NCBI GenBank assembly: GCA_013239625.1 | Contig: MU054212.1 | Span: 5,738,270 to 5,802,269, forward strand | DNA: 64,000 nucleotides | DNA from: Lama guanicoe | Taxonomy: Eukaryota | Reading direction: 5' to 3' | Part shown: positions 51,701-61,170 of the stretch, piece by piece | Layout of the letters: each line of letters opens with the position of its first letter | Position numbering within the stretch: the first letter of the stretch is position 1 | Made by a program: the position numbers and the translations under genes | Notes under the pieces: model-generated | What the model saw: the letters and a program-made list of their open reading frames with translations, nothing else | Database searches by the model: none | What the model was told of the DNA's origin: nothing

Positions 51701-54700
51701 TTCAACTCTTATTTTGTGCACAGGTTACATTTTGGTAGACATAGCTGGCTGGTCATAGAGCTAATGGAAAGTAATAACTCATAATAATAATAATAATAAT
51801 TGAGTCTTCTGGATCAATCAATTACTATTCATGATTTAGGTGCAAATCATCTCTAAACCCTTCTCAGGTCAATAAATAAATTTCAACCTATGTTTTAAGC
51901 AATAGTTTCTATAAAAACCAACAGGCAATGGTAGCGCAAATAATTGGGAAAATAACAGTTATTGGAATAATTTTAAATGATAGGGCAGCAAAAATTATGA
52001 AAAAGAGATAAACTGCAGTGTTAAGAAGGGTATTTGTAAACTGTAATCCTAAATAGAAGACTTTCAATATTTCCTTTCAGCTCAATACTCTTCATTCATT
52101 GGACAAACATTTATTGAGTGCATACTATATGCCAAGTATTGTTGCTCTGGAAATAAGTATCAGATCCCAGCCTGCTTTGTAGAAATAAGAATCTAGCAAG
52201 AAAAAGTACTGAAAAATTAATTATGTGTTAATTTTTTTTTAAGTACAGGTGCTCTAAGATTTAAGGAGCATGAAAAAAAAATCAGGCCCTAAGTTAGTCT
52301 TGGGTATTAGGGAGGGTTACCCCCAAGAAATTGTCATTATTTTCTCTTCCCTCTCTTCCTCTCAGCTACCTCCGCAATCCTGACAGCTGAGCAGACTTTA
52401 TATCCCTCATATTACGAAATCCCAATCCTGGTGAAGGACAATTTCAACCGAGCATGCGAATTGCCACAGATTCTGCAGTTACTGGCCTGCGATTGTGACA
52501 GCAACCACATGTGCTTGTACGCGGGTACCACGGGCATCAGCACCGGGGACGGCAGCTCTGTTACCGGTGTGTCTGTCACTGACGACCACGTTGAGGGTTC
52601 AAATGTTGGTCTCGGACCTACAGGGATTGGCATGATCATTCTGGGTGTCTTACTACTGCTTCGTAAGTACTGGATTAAATCCTTCTTTTCGGCAGTTCCT
52701 CAAAATAAGAATGTAACCAGGTTCACTGCAATGACTATGATCATCTGGCCATTTCTTTTTGATAACCATAGCAAATTTTGCGGAAATTTGGAAATAAGCA
52801 ATGGGACTGATAAGGGCATGTACTTTTTCAATAATGATAACTAAGAAAGTCTAGGGTTAGTGAGGGTCATAAAGAGTGGAAATACACTCAAATCCCTAAG
52901 TATAATACAAGCAGAGGGTATAATACAATCCTGTGATGAAAATTTCAGCAAAGGAATCAGAGGAAAATCAAAGGCAATCATAATCACAATAATATAAATT
53001 ACAAATAATCATACAAATAAACTCTAAAATAATAATCAAAGGAATGGTGAAGTCCCTAAGCAAACATTTCAAAAAGGGTGCTCCTCTCCCCGTACCATTT
53101 TTTTAAAACATGTGCATCATCATAAGAGAAATGCATTTTAGGTTGTCCTTGCAATACTTAGATTTTTGTGGAAATCAAAAAATGGATTTAAAGTTAAATA
53201 TAACTAAATCCTTCAAACTGTAATATGAATGTGCTTCAATGAATAAGTAGAAAGTTAAACACTATCATTTTGAGGCATGAAAAAATGGCAACTGACTTTC
53301 TTAAAATGATTTGCGTTTTCAACACCATACAAAGATCATGAGTGATTATCATGATGGTATGAGAGAGTTTCCCACAACATGGTTACAGCAAGCGAGAAGA
53401 GGTGTCAGTTTACCTTAAGCCCGTGGTTCACACGCCTAGCTGTACGTCAGGATCACCTGAAGGTCATTATAAGTTACTCAGCCCCAGCAGGAGGACTCAA
53501 GATGAGACCCAGGTTTCGGCATGTTTAGGCCTTCTTGTGAAGCTAGCGTGCAGGTCAGGGATAAACACCCAGACTCAGCTGCATTTCCAGTAGGCTAGCA
53601 CTCAATGACTTCTCCTGAACCAGGCCAACAAAGCATAAAAGTTATGAAACTGATTGCAAACTAGGAGGGGAATGTCCCTTTGGACAAAGTTCTCATGGAG
53701 AAGCCCAGATCTATTACGGAGAGGGAGGGCCCTAGCTCAAATTTTATATTCCCAAAGGGCCTCTGGTTAAGGCTTTTGATGTTTGCTCCCAGTAAGATTA
53801 ACTGTTCATGAAATTTTAAAATGCCTTGATTTAGCGGCTTTGATACCTTCTTCTGCAGCTCTAATTAACTTATCCAGTGGAATGCATACGATGCTAGGGA
53901 ATTAGAAAAATAAAAAGCAACTAGAGTGGACCCAAAGAACTAAACTGAGGGTATTCTAGAATCTTAGAAAACTTAGGAAGTGTCTGTGTGTATGATCTAA
54001 AGTGTAGAACTGAGGTGAATTTCCATTGTATTTTGCAGACAAAGTCTTAGAATAATAACTGTAAGAAGTTCAATTAAATGTAGTGAATGAGATTCAGTTG
54101 ATTGATTTTAAGTGTAAGTATCATAAGAGTTGAAGAAGAGTCCTATTTCTAGGTCCTATAACTGAAACTTGTATCCAATCCTTTTGCTAACGTATAGTGA
54201 TTATGTGTTTAATTTATATGTGTGAAGATGGTTACACGTGTGTACATACATTGGTTTCCATATGGGTATGTAAGTGCATATATGTATCCACAGAGATGGT
54301 CTATGTGTCCACATATACATATCCAGGTACCCATGTATATACGCACACTCATGGAGAAAAGTACATATTTATCCGTATGTATACACACATACGTACACAT
54401 AGGCATATAAGTACGTACACATACACAGACAATTATACATGAATACATACACATATATAAATGCATATGCATGTACATGGAAGACTAGGAATCATAAAAT
54501 TGGATTTGAATCGGCCACCAGCCAGTTTGGAGTCGGACTAGTGGTAATAAAGGACGCTGCTTTCCTAATCTGTCAGTGAAGAACCCAGAGGACATCATCT
54601 CAAACTCCCTCCTTTCCAGCTCTAAAGGTCTGTGTGACTTGGTGGTTTTGTATTTATAAACATGGATATGTATACTCAATCCTTTAGGGGAAAAACTGAT

Positions 54701-57700
54701 GGTTTCTTACATTTGTATTTATTCCTCTGGTTCTATTAAGTATAATGCCACATTTTCTCAAAAATGCTACATTCAGTGACTTCCCAAACTGAGCAATATG
54801 TGTTAACTCTTCCTTTCCACTTTCTTTGGCAGTGACACCACTCTTGCTGCTCATGTGTTGTTGCAAAAGCAAACAGCCAGAAGGGCTGGGGACAAGGTTT
54901 GCCCCTGTGCCAGAGGGTGGAGATGGAGTGATGCAGGCCTGGAGAATAGAAGGGGCCCATCCCGAGGACAGGGTGAGTGGACTCTCGTGTTCTGGAGGAG
55001 CATGGGGTTTCAATGGGATTGAGCACGTCTGACAACTATACACTGCACAAAAATGAAAATATGTCCATTATAAAATGTTTAACATAAACCATTTATTTTA
55101 AAATTCTTTTTTTTTCTTTTCAGGATGTGTCAAATATATGTGTACCAGTCACAGCTTCTAATACCCAGGAACGTATAGACTCCTCTGGTCAGTGGACACC
55201 AAAATCTGTTTTCCTTCTTAAAATTTGCAAAATTATTCAACCAGACAAATCCTATGTATAAGTACCTTATTAAAAGAACAACATATCTGTCAATCTCCTT
55301 GGATGATAGTATAATTGGAGGGAAAGTTAGATGTCTAAAGTGGAGACTTTATTTTTCTATCTTAAACTACCAGCAGTGAAGTCTGATGTAGCTATTAAAA
55401 TCGCAAACTCTGGAACCAGAATACTTGAGTTTGATTCCCAGCTCTGCCACTTACTAGTATTAAGTCCTAGAGCAAGACACTTAATCTCTCTGGACCTCAA
55501 TTTCCTTATCTTTGAAACTGACTTTACGATAGTACCTACTTCAAAGTGTTGCTATGAGGAGTAAATGAGTATATATGTGTATAAATATACACACACATTA
55601 TGTATGATATATAATATGTATTATATGTTATATATATCATATACATATGTATATGTGCCATATGTATATCACAAAATGTACATTAGAATAGTGCCTTGCA
55701 CAGAATAAGTGCTACCATTATTTATAACACAAGCTGTTCAAAAAAAAAAAAAGAAAGAGCAGCAAATATGTTCTCCTAGTAATACACTGAAGAACTTCTC
55801 TTAAATTCATACATGCATCTTCAGTCTTACACTCTCCGAATTTACCAAGTCCCACGCACACCTTAGAACACTAAAAAAGACCCAGCACTGGGCAATGATT
55901 GAACCAAGCAGAGGCTGCCCAGTTCTAGCAGGAAGAGATTTCTCACTGACGGGTAACTCCCAGCATTGGGCAATAACTGAACCAGAGAGGTGCACAGTTC
56001 TAGCAGAGAATTTCTCACTGACGGTTCCTTAGGATCCCAGCTGGACTCTGGATGCAAAGTAAGGTAAAAACCAGCTCTCTCCATCCAGGCCAGGGTGAAT
56101 GCGGACCATGAGTTTCAGTTTCTGCAGTTGTATGTCTGGCCTTGCTCTGGAGGGTTTCCGAGTGGGCACAAGCCCTCGGACAGGCCACAGGCCCGCGAGC
56201 GGCTCTGAGGGGGTGGGGGCGGTTGCCAGAAGCGGTTGTGGAAGGAACTGGTGCAGGCACTGCGACCCGCTCCTCTGGGCTAGCTCTACACCTGGCAGAC
56301 TATGGGGGGAGGTTTGTGCAAACGTGAGAAAGCCCAGTGGGAGAGCTGGCTCCCTCTGTACCACTTCCTTCCATGTACTTTATCAGCAACCTGGGGGATT
56401 GGCAGTACAGTTGGAATTGCTCTCTCCTAGCGTCCCAGTACCGCCTCTAGGTTGTGTGGCTGCGGCGGTGGTGGTGCCGGCAGACAGTGCCTGGCAGCGT
56501 TTACGTGGATGAACGATGCAGGCGACTCCAGCACCGTGATACGAACACCCTCTCCTTTCAGAAATCTACACGAACACGTACGCGGGCGGAGGAACGGTGG
56601 AAGGGGGCGTATCGGGCGTGGAACTCAACACGGGTCCCGGAGCAGCCGCTGGCCTGGTGGCCGGAGGGGCCGTGGGCACAGCGAGGAGGAGGAGTTCTAC
56701 GCCGGGAGCCCAGCGGGACTACGCGGACCCCGGCCTGCACCTGGCTTTCCTGGACAGCTATTTCTCCGAGGTGACTCCCCTACGCGCGGTTGCACAGAAT
56801 AGTCTTGAGACTGAATAATAAGAACTATGGCAGTAGATTCTTCTGAAAGATACATATTTTTTTAATTTTTTTTTTTTTTTTGCTAGAAGGTAATTAGATT
56901 TATTTTTAGAGGAGGTACTGGGGATTGAACCCAGGACCTCGTGCATGCTAAGCATGCACTCTACTGCTTGAGCTATACCCTCCCCCCTTATTCCATTCTT
57001 CTTAACTCTAACCGAATCCTGAATAAAATATAGTGCACTTCTCCTTAAAATACAAAAAGCCGATTTGCCAAAATATTTCACATATAGTCTGCAGAACGCA
57101 TCTTACTACTGTGAAAAATAACACATCTCACCATTCTCCGCTTCCCTCTTTCCATTTTCCTGTCTTCTGTTTCCTTCTGGTGTTTTCACTTTGTTTCCCA
57201 TGGCAACAGTGAAGCAGGAGGATCCTGAGTAAGGAAAAAAAATGTGTATTCATGACCATTCTATATGGTGTTCTTCCTGCTCTGCAGGTGCCTCCAACAG
57301 AATGGAGACAAAATAAATCAAAGGCCAGGATTGGGGAAGTAAGAGAGCGGTAACTCAGGAACCGGGCATCACTATGACTTGGTGATAGATCAGAGCCTAC
57401 AGCCCGGGTCTCCTAATCTCTATGGAGTGCGTCATGCACTGTGTCCCTTACTAAGGGAAGGGATCATGGGTCTATGAGCATTCCAAGAGAAAAGACCCAA
57501 GGCACTGCGTTGGCCTAACAGGGTAGCACAAAGGATAAACAGAGGATTTCCTCTGGTGAATCCCTATTTGTATCTTTATTTCACTTAACCAGCAGTCCAT
57601 TTTATCTCATATTCCAGTTAGCCTATTTTACTCCCTACCTGATAACATATGAGTTTCACTACTGCTCTTGACAAAAAATGCTAAAGATGATGTTGTAATT

Positions 57701-59838
57701 GTAAGTTATATCTTAAAAGTGGGGGTCACAGATACCATCATAGACTGTGCATGAATAGAATCGATTATTTAAATGAGTGAATGATGCCATTAAGTACATT
57801 TGACAATGAGGCACAGAAATGCCACAGAAATTATATTTCGTGAATTATTCATAAAAATCACACTAACATTAAAGGAACTTTACCATTAATATCAAAATTG
57901 CACTGGGCATTTTTTCATTGGGTTACAATCGGTGCTTTATGGAAAAAATAAAATCAAAGGGCACTCCCCTTTCTCTATGGGCATCCCAAACATTTTAGCT
58001 CTACACTTAAAAATGGCACTGGATTTCAGAGGTGTGAGACGCAGCCACTCCCTCTGCCAGGTGAAGCCTCTGCAGAATGGTACCAGGGCTTTCTTCCTGT
58101 CCCTTTTTTACACCCCCCACCCCAGCCGTTAACTTGTGCCCCAGGCAAAAGGGGGCTGTCCTTACTGAGATGTCATGTAAAATATTAAACAGCAAAGTTT
58201 TAAGGTGATACCAAACTTATGAATGATTAATTTCAAGACCTAAAGTCATTCTAATGGTAGGATTTAGACTGGTACAGACCAGAAGGAAAGCAGCATGATC
58301 CGGTGTAGAAAAGACAGTTGGATTTGAAGTTCTGTTCTATAAGGATTTAAGTCTTGGGCATGCCATTCCCCTACTCTGGGCCTTTGGTTACGTTATTTAT
58401 AAAAGAAAGAAGGGGTCAGATTATATCAGGCGATTTCAGATGGCGCTGGGCAAGTCCTATGGGAATTCATGGCACTCAGTAAGGGCCATAGCAGGTGAGA
58501 GAAATGGGGAAGAGAGCTGGCAGGTCTCTGCTCCACCCGGCCCCTTCAAACAGAGAAGTTCCAATTTCATTGGTTCTACATGTTGGGGTTGGACCTAATT
58601 TTATGTAAAGGGGCTGTCATTAAAAATAATTTGAAAAATCACAGTAGATAACACTTTAGTGCCTTCCTCCTGGTAACCTAACTCCAGAGACATCCCAGCT
58701 CTCTTCATCAAGCCACAGAAAACTTCAGTTAATATTCCCCCATAAGTCTCTGAAGCTTAGAGCTGCACACACCTTTCCACATGCTTGCATTCTGAGTTGA
58801 TCAAATCTCTCTCCTTAAATAATGTTTTGCACATAACTAAATACATTTTATTATTTTTAAACCACCTCCGAAATAAGACTATAAACCAAATACACATTGA
58901 TCGCCTTTAAAAATTGTAACTATTTGGAAATACAGCAACGAATCAGTGGTTTTTTTCAGTGCATTCCACAAAATCTTTTCAGATCAGACGTCTCTAAAGC
59001 ATTGTTATTCTTCTTTGAGTATTTTAAGGGAAAAGAAACTTCTAATTTCCTATTTTTCTTCTAATTTTAGAAAGCATACGATTATGCATATGAAGATGAA
59101 GGCCAGCCAGCAAACGACTGTTTGCTCATTTATGACCACGAGGGACTAGGGTCTCCTGTGGGCTCCATTGGTTGCTGCAGTTGGATTGTGGATGATTTAG
59201 ACGAAAGCTGCATGGAAACTTTAGATCCAAAATTTAGGACTCTTGCTGAAATCTGCTTAGACAAAGAAATTGAACCATTTCCTTCACAGCAAGCCTGTAT
59301 ACCCATCAGTACTGACCTCCCTTTACTTGGACCTAATTACTTTGTTAATGAATCTTCAGGAATGACTCTGTCACAGGCTGAATTCCAGGCAGAAATGGCA
59401 ACACCTGAACCCATGATTCACGGGGATATTGTAGTGACTGAGACTTACACGACTGCGGACCCATGCGTGCAGCCCACGACAATTGTTTTTGATCCTCAGC
59501 TTGCACCCAATGTTGTAGTAACAGAAACAGTAATGGCACCTGTCTACGACGTTCAGGGGAATATCTGTGTACCTGCTGAGTTAGCCAGCACACACAATGT
59601 AATCTATGCTGAGAGGGTGCTGTCTAGTCCTGGTCTGCCTGACACGAGCAGCAGTAGCATGACTGATGGTTGTGTGGGACCCGTGATGAGTGGCAGTATT
59701 TTGGTAGGGCCAGAAATTCAAATGATGCAAATGGTGAGTCCAGACATTCACATAAGCCAAACCATTGGTTCCACATCCCCAATGACATCGCGGCACAGAG
59801 TAACACGGTACAGTAACATACATTACTCCCAACAATAA
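23455..59838 (+). CDS. DSG4: Desmoglein-4 preproprotein, complete, 16 exons, 1040 aa
   Basis: Exon lengths 48+36+132+156+145+167+135+186+272+140+228+297+140+64+209+768 = 3123 nt. No frameshift or internal stop. Signal peptide, RRQKR|EWIKF pro-cleavage, RAL adhesion site, cadherin Ca2+ motifs, TM, ICS, three RUDs, C-terminus [13 protein letters not shown]. Confidence 0.98.
27940..28100 (-). mobile_element. MIR SINE remnant
   Basis: cctcattttacagataaagaaact...ggaatttgaaccc is the antisense MIR core. Confidence 0.7.
29147..29181. repeat. (AC)17 microsatellite, DSG4 intron 1
   Basis: Perfect AC run. Confidence 0.98.
30552..30872 (-). mobile_element. ERV1-type solo LTR (MER57/MER41-like), DSG4 intron 1
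   Basis: TG...CA termini (tgtttaaag...taatttagca); internal layout resembles antisense MER57-class LTRs as recalled; no clean TSD. Confidence 0.6.
31900..34230 (+). mobile_element. Degenerate L2 LINE segments
   Basis: Long pyrimidine-rich L2-like tract ending in an L2-like tail (atttaacaaatgaattaa); boundaries approximate. Confidence 0.5.
34309..34344 (+). CDS. DSG4: DSG4 exon 2 (36 nt)
   Basis: caacag|GTG ... GAG|gtaatg; [12 protein letters not shown]. Confidence 0.93.
35925..36056 (+). CDS. DSG4: DSG4 exon 3 (132 nt)
   Basis: cggaag|GTG AAA ... GCC AGA|gtaagt; [44 protein letters not shown]. Confidence 0.95.
37397..37535 (-). mobile_element. tRNA-Ala-derived camelid SINE (vic-1 type) with 13-bp TSD
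   Basis: Antisense A box (ccactgagcta) and B box (ggattgaacc); flanking direct repeat acaatgtattctt at 37384-37396 and 37536-37548. Confidence 0.88.
37832..37987 (+). CDS. DSG4: DSG4 exon 4 (156 nt)
   Basis: tcatag|ATC CGA ... TTC TTG|gtaagt; [17 protein letters not shown]...[11 protein letters not shown]. Confidence 0.95.
38354..38498 (+). CDS. DSG4: DSG4 exon 5 (145 nt)
   Basis: ccacag|ATC TAT ... GCC A|gtaagt; [33 protein letters not shown]...EENSDA. Confidence 0.95.
40120..40250 (+). mobile_element. L1 3'-end fragment (artiodactyl type)
   Basis: caacacagggaagatagccaatatttt...aaatggaaagtaacctttaaaaattgt resembles artiodactyl L1 3' UTR ends. Confidence 0.7.
40676..40842 (+). CDS. DSG4: DSG4 exon 6 (167 nt)
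   Basis: tcctag|AC ACA CTG ... AGA GAG|gtaaag; [23 protein letters not shown]...SFLDRE. Confidence 0.95.
41142..41276 (+). CDS. DSG4: DSG4 exon 7 (135 nt)
   Basis: ctgaag|CAA CAC ... ACT TTC|gtaagt; [16 protein letters not shown]...[14 protein letters not shown]. Confidence 0.95.
41664..41868 (+). mobile_element. MER58-type hAT DNA transposon remnant
   Basis: gggccaaa...tgtggctgct...cagcagcagaaatgagcagctgcaaca...gcccacaaagcctaa...cagcccttcaca. Confidence 0.7.
42133..42318 (+). CDS. DSG4: DSG4 exon 8 (186 nt)
   Basis: tttcag|TAC ACA ... GTC CAG|gtacag; [25 protein letters not shown]...[10 protein letters not shown]. Confidence 0.95.
43577..43770 (+). mobile_element. MER58-type hAT DNA transposon remnant
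   Basis: tcagcaaactatg...aggccaaatctgacctgccacc...aataaagttttattggaacacggccac...; degenerate TIR at right end (agcaacccct). Confidence 0.78.
46339..46610 (+). CDS. DSG4: DSG4 exon 9 (272 nt)
   Basis: tttcag|ATG CTG GAT ... GTC AG|gtactg; [24 protein letters not shown]...DTGSPATNV. Confidence 0.95.
47891..48030 (+). CDS. DSG4: DSG4 exon 10 (140 nt)
   Basis: aaacag|G TAT ATC ... GAT G|gtaaga; [46 protein letters not shown]. Confidence 0.95.
48677..48870 (+). mobile_element. tRNA-Ala-derived camelid SINE (vic-1 type), full length, 14-bp TSD
   Basis: A box tagctcagtgg 48688-48698; B box ggttcaatcc 48731-48740; (TAAA)/(TACA)n and A-rich tail; perfect TSD aatttagcaataga at 48663-48676 and 48871-48884. 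Confidence 0.93.
50160..50530 (-). mobile_element. L2 LINE remnant just upstream of DSG4 exon 11
   Basis: Purine-rich antisense L2 pattern (gaacagaatgtgcaag...gaactgaaaagaagccagtggggc). Confidence 0.6.
50584..50811 (+). CDS. DSG4: DSG4 exon 11 (228 nt)
   Basis: tttcag|AT GGC TCT ... AAT G|gtaagt; [22 protein letters not shown]...WDIRSIN. Confidence 0.95.
52366..52662 (+). CDS. DSG4: DSG4 exon 12 (297 nt; EA and start of TM)
   Basis: tctcag|CT ACC TCC ... CTT C|gtaagt; TSAILTAEQ...[10 protein letters not shown]...[20 protein letters not shown]. Confidence 0.95.
54200..54480. repeat. Degenerate (TA/CA/TG) alternating purine-pyrimidine tract
   Basis: Low-complexity tatgtg/tacaca sequence; gives Y/M/C/H/T-rich ORFs on both strands. 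Confidence 0.8.
54833..54972 (+). CDS. DSG4: DSG4 exon 13 (140 nt)
   Basis: tggcag|TG ACA CCA ... GAC AGG|gtgagt; [29 protein letters not shown]...AHPEDR. Confidence 0.95.
55124..55187 (+). CDS. DSG4: DSG4 exon 14 (64 nt)
   Basis: tttcag|GAT GTG ... TCT G|gtcagt; [21 protein letters not shown]. Confidence 0.92.
55375..55722 (+). mobile_element. MIR SINE interrupted by a (TA)-rich tract
   Basis: ttcccagctctgccacttactag...acttaatctctctggacctcaatttccttatct core; 3' end tagaatagtgccttgcacagaataagtgct resumes after about 100 nt of TA-rich sequence. Confidence 0.8.
55881..56024. repeat. Diverged two-copy tandem duplication (about 70 bp unit)
   Basis: Unit 1 55881-55952 and unit 2 55959-56024 share cccagcaYtgggcaat..tgaacca..gagg..cagttctagcag..atttctcactgacgg. 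Confidence 0.9.
56562..56770 (+). CDS. DSG4: DSG4 exon 15 (209 nt)
   Basis: tttcag|AA ATC TAC ... TCC GAG|gtgact; [24 protein letters not shown]...[11 protein letters not shown]. Confidence 0.93.
56857..56987 (-). mobile_element. tRNA-Ala-derived camelid SINE (vic-1 type), antisense in DSG4 intron 15
   Basis: Reverse complement reads ggggggagggtatagctcaagcagtagagtgcatgcttagcatgcacgaggtcctgggttcaatccccagtacctcc followed by an A-rich tail; no clear TSD. Confidence 0.9.
59071..59838 (+). CDS. DSG4: DSG4 exon 16, coding part
   Basis: ttttag|AAA GCA TAC; in frame with ORF 59122..59838; stop TAA 59836-59838. Confidence 0.97.
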   Translation, partial: KAYDYAYEDEGQPANDCLLIYDHEGLGSPVGSIGCCSWIVDDLDESCMETLDPKFRTLAEICLDKEIEPFPSQQACIPISTDLPLLGPNYFVNESSGMTLSQAEFQAEMATPEPMIHGDIVVTETYTTADPCVQPTTIVFDPQLAPNVVVTETVMAPVYDVQGNICVPAELASTHNVIYAERVLSSPGLPDTSSSSMTDGCVGPVMSGSILVGPEIQMMQMVSPDIHISQTIGSTSPMTSRHRVTRYSNIHYSQQ

Positions 59839-61164
59839 GTGCTTTATGGTCAGTATTCTTCTCTAGGGAGACCTTGTACCTTATAATCACCAACATAGCC
59901 ATCAGTGGTGGATAATACACTATATTTAACATTTTAACAGTCAGCAAACATTTGAATATTCTAAATTCAATGCCACTCTTTGGTCATATCTTTTGGGGGG
60001 ATAAATATGGCTAAGGACTTTAGCCTTATCAAATTTTTTCTGATTTTATATAGTTTGCCAAAAAACTTAAAGAAAATGTGTTACATTCTTTGATACTGTC
60101 TAATAATAGCACATAACTCATAAGGTGACTCTTGGAAGTCTTTGGGCCTTTAGAACTGGTCATGTAAACCAAGATACCCTTGGTCTTGGAGGAATGCAAA
60201 AGAAGCCTTATCTGTATCCACCAGCCATATTTATCTTTAAAGAAGTACTTTTATTAAAAATTTTTGATTGAAACAGTGAATGAAATGCACATTTTTTAAG
60301 GGAAATTGAAAAAGAAGATAGAGCATCTAGCAATAGAGAGCTATAGGCATTTGCCTCTTCAAATGGTTTCTCAAGATACACAATTATTAGGACATGCTTA
60401 ATATAATACAGGGGAAGAGTTTACTAGCTGAATGTGTCACTGAAAATGGTTCATCGAAAGGAGTATTATACATATGTATAGAAATGCATATATACATATC
60501 AATATAGATGAATTGTTATTGCACTTTATTGATTTATATCAACTGTAGATTAATTTAGAATAGCAAAAAATAAAATTATGACAAAATTACAATAGGAACA
60601 GTTCTTAGGGAAAGTATTAGAGATTCTCCCCCTTAGAGAAAAAAATTTCCCTACTCTTGTTAATTATGTCAGAAAACCATATGAAATATATTTTAATCAG
60701 TTTCGCTGACCAGGATCATAGACCTTTCCTTTGGCAACCAGACATTCTCTAAAAGCCCTTCTTTACTTCTGCATATATTCAACAATATTTACTTAGAAGC
60801 TACTGCATGTTGAGTGCTGGTCTTGCTTCTGTGAGTATACAGATGAAGGAGACTGGCTTGGTTCCTGTCTTCATACAGCTTGTAATTCATTTATAGACTT
60901 AAAACTCTGGGGGTATGGCTTTGAGTTCCAATCAAGAATAATTAACAAAATACTCAATTCCATTACCAAGTTGTGTTTCTCTTTTTAACACTACTTCTTA
61001 TGTTGAATGAGTAAAATGGAAACACATGCACAGATTACTTATTTTTAGTAGGCATAATGTTGGCTTGAGAAAAAGAGATTGTACAAGGTAGTTTTATTTA
61101 ATTCTGTAAAATATGTAAACTATATAGTAGTAAGTATAACGGGACTAGTAAGTCATATAAATGA

Positions 61165-61170
61165 AATAAA
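61165..61170 (+). terminator. Candidate distal poly(A) signal of DSG4
   Basis: AATAAA followed by U/GU-rich sequence (ttgtggtgcttcttg...ttttgttttcttgt). Alternatives: ATTAAA 60253 and AATAAA 60569. Confidence 0.45.

Noticed and set aside
54973-55123. Retention of short intron 13 (stop at 55030-55032)
   Set aside because: Both splice sites are strong (gtgagt; long T tract) and nothing in the sequence supports retention.
56029-56802. Dense overlapping ORFs on both strands
   Set aside because: Explained by high GC content; only the exon 15 frame matches a protein.
58432-58450. CTCF-like CAGATGGCGC (similar partial hits near 32398 and 63068)
   Set aside because: Only part of the motif matches; not supportable without ChIP or conservation data.
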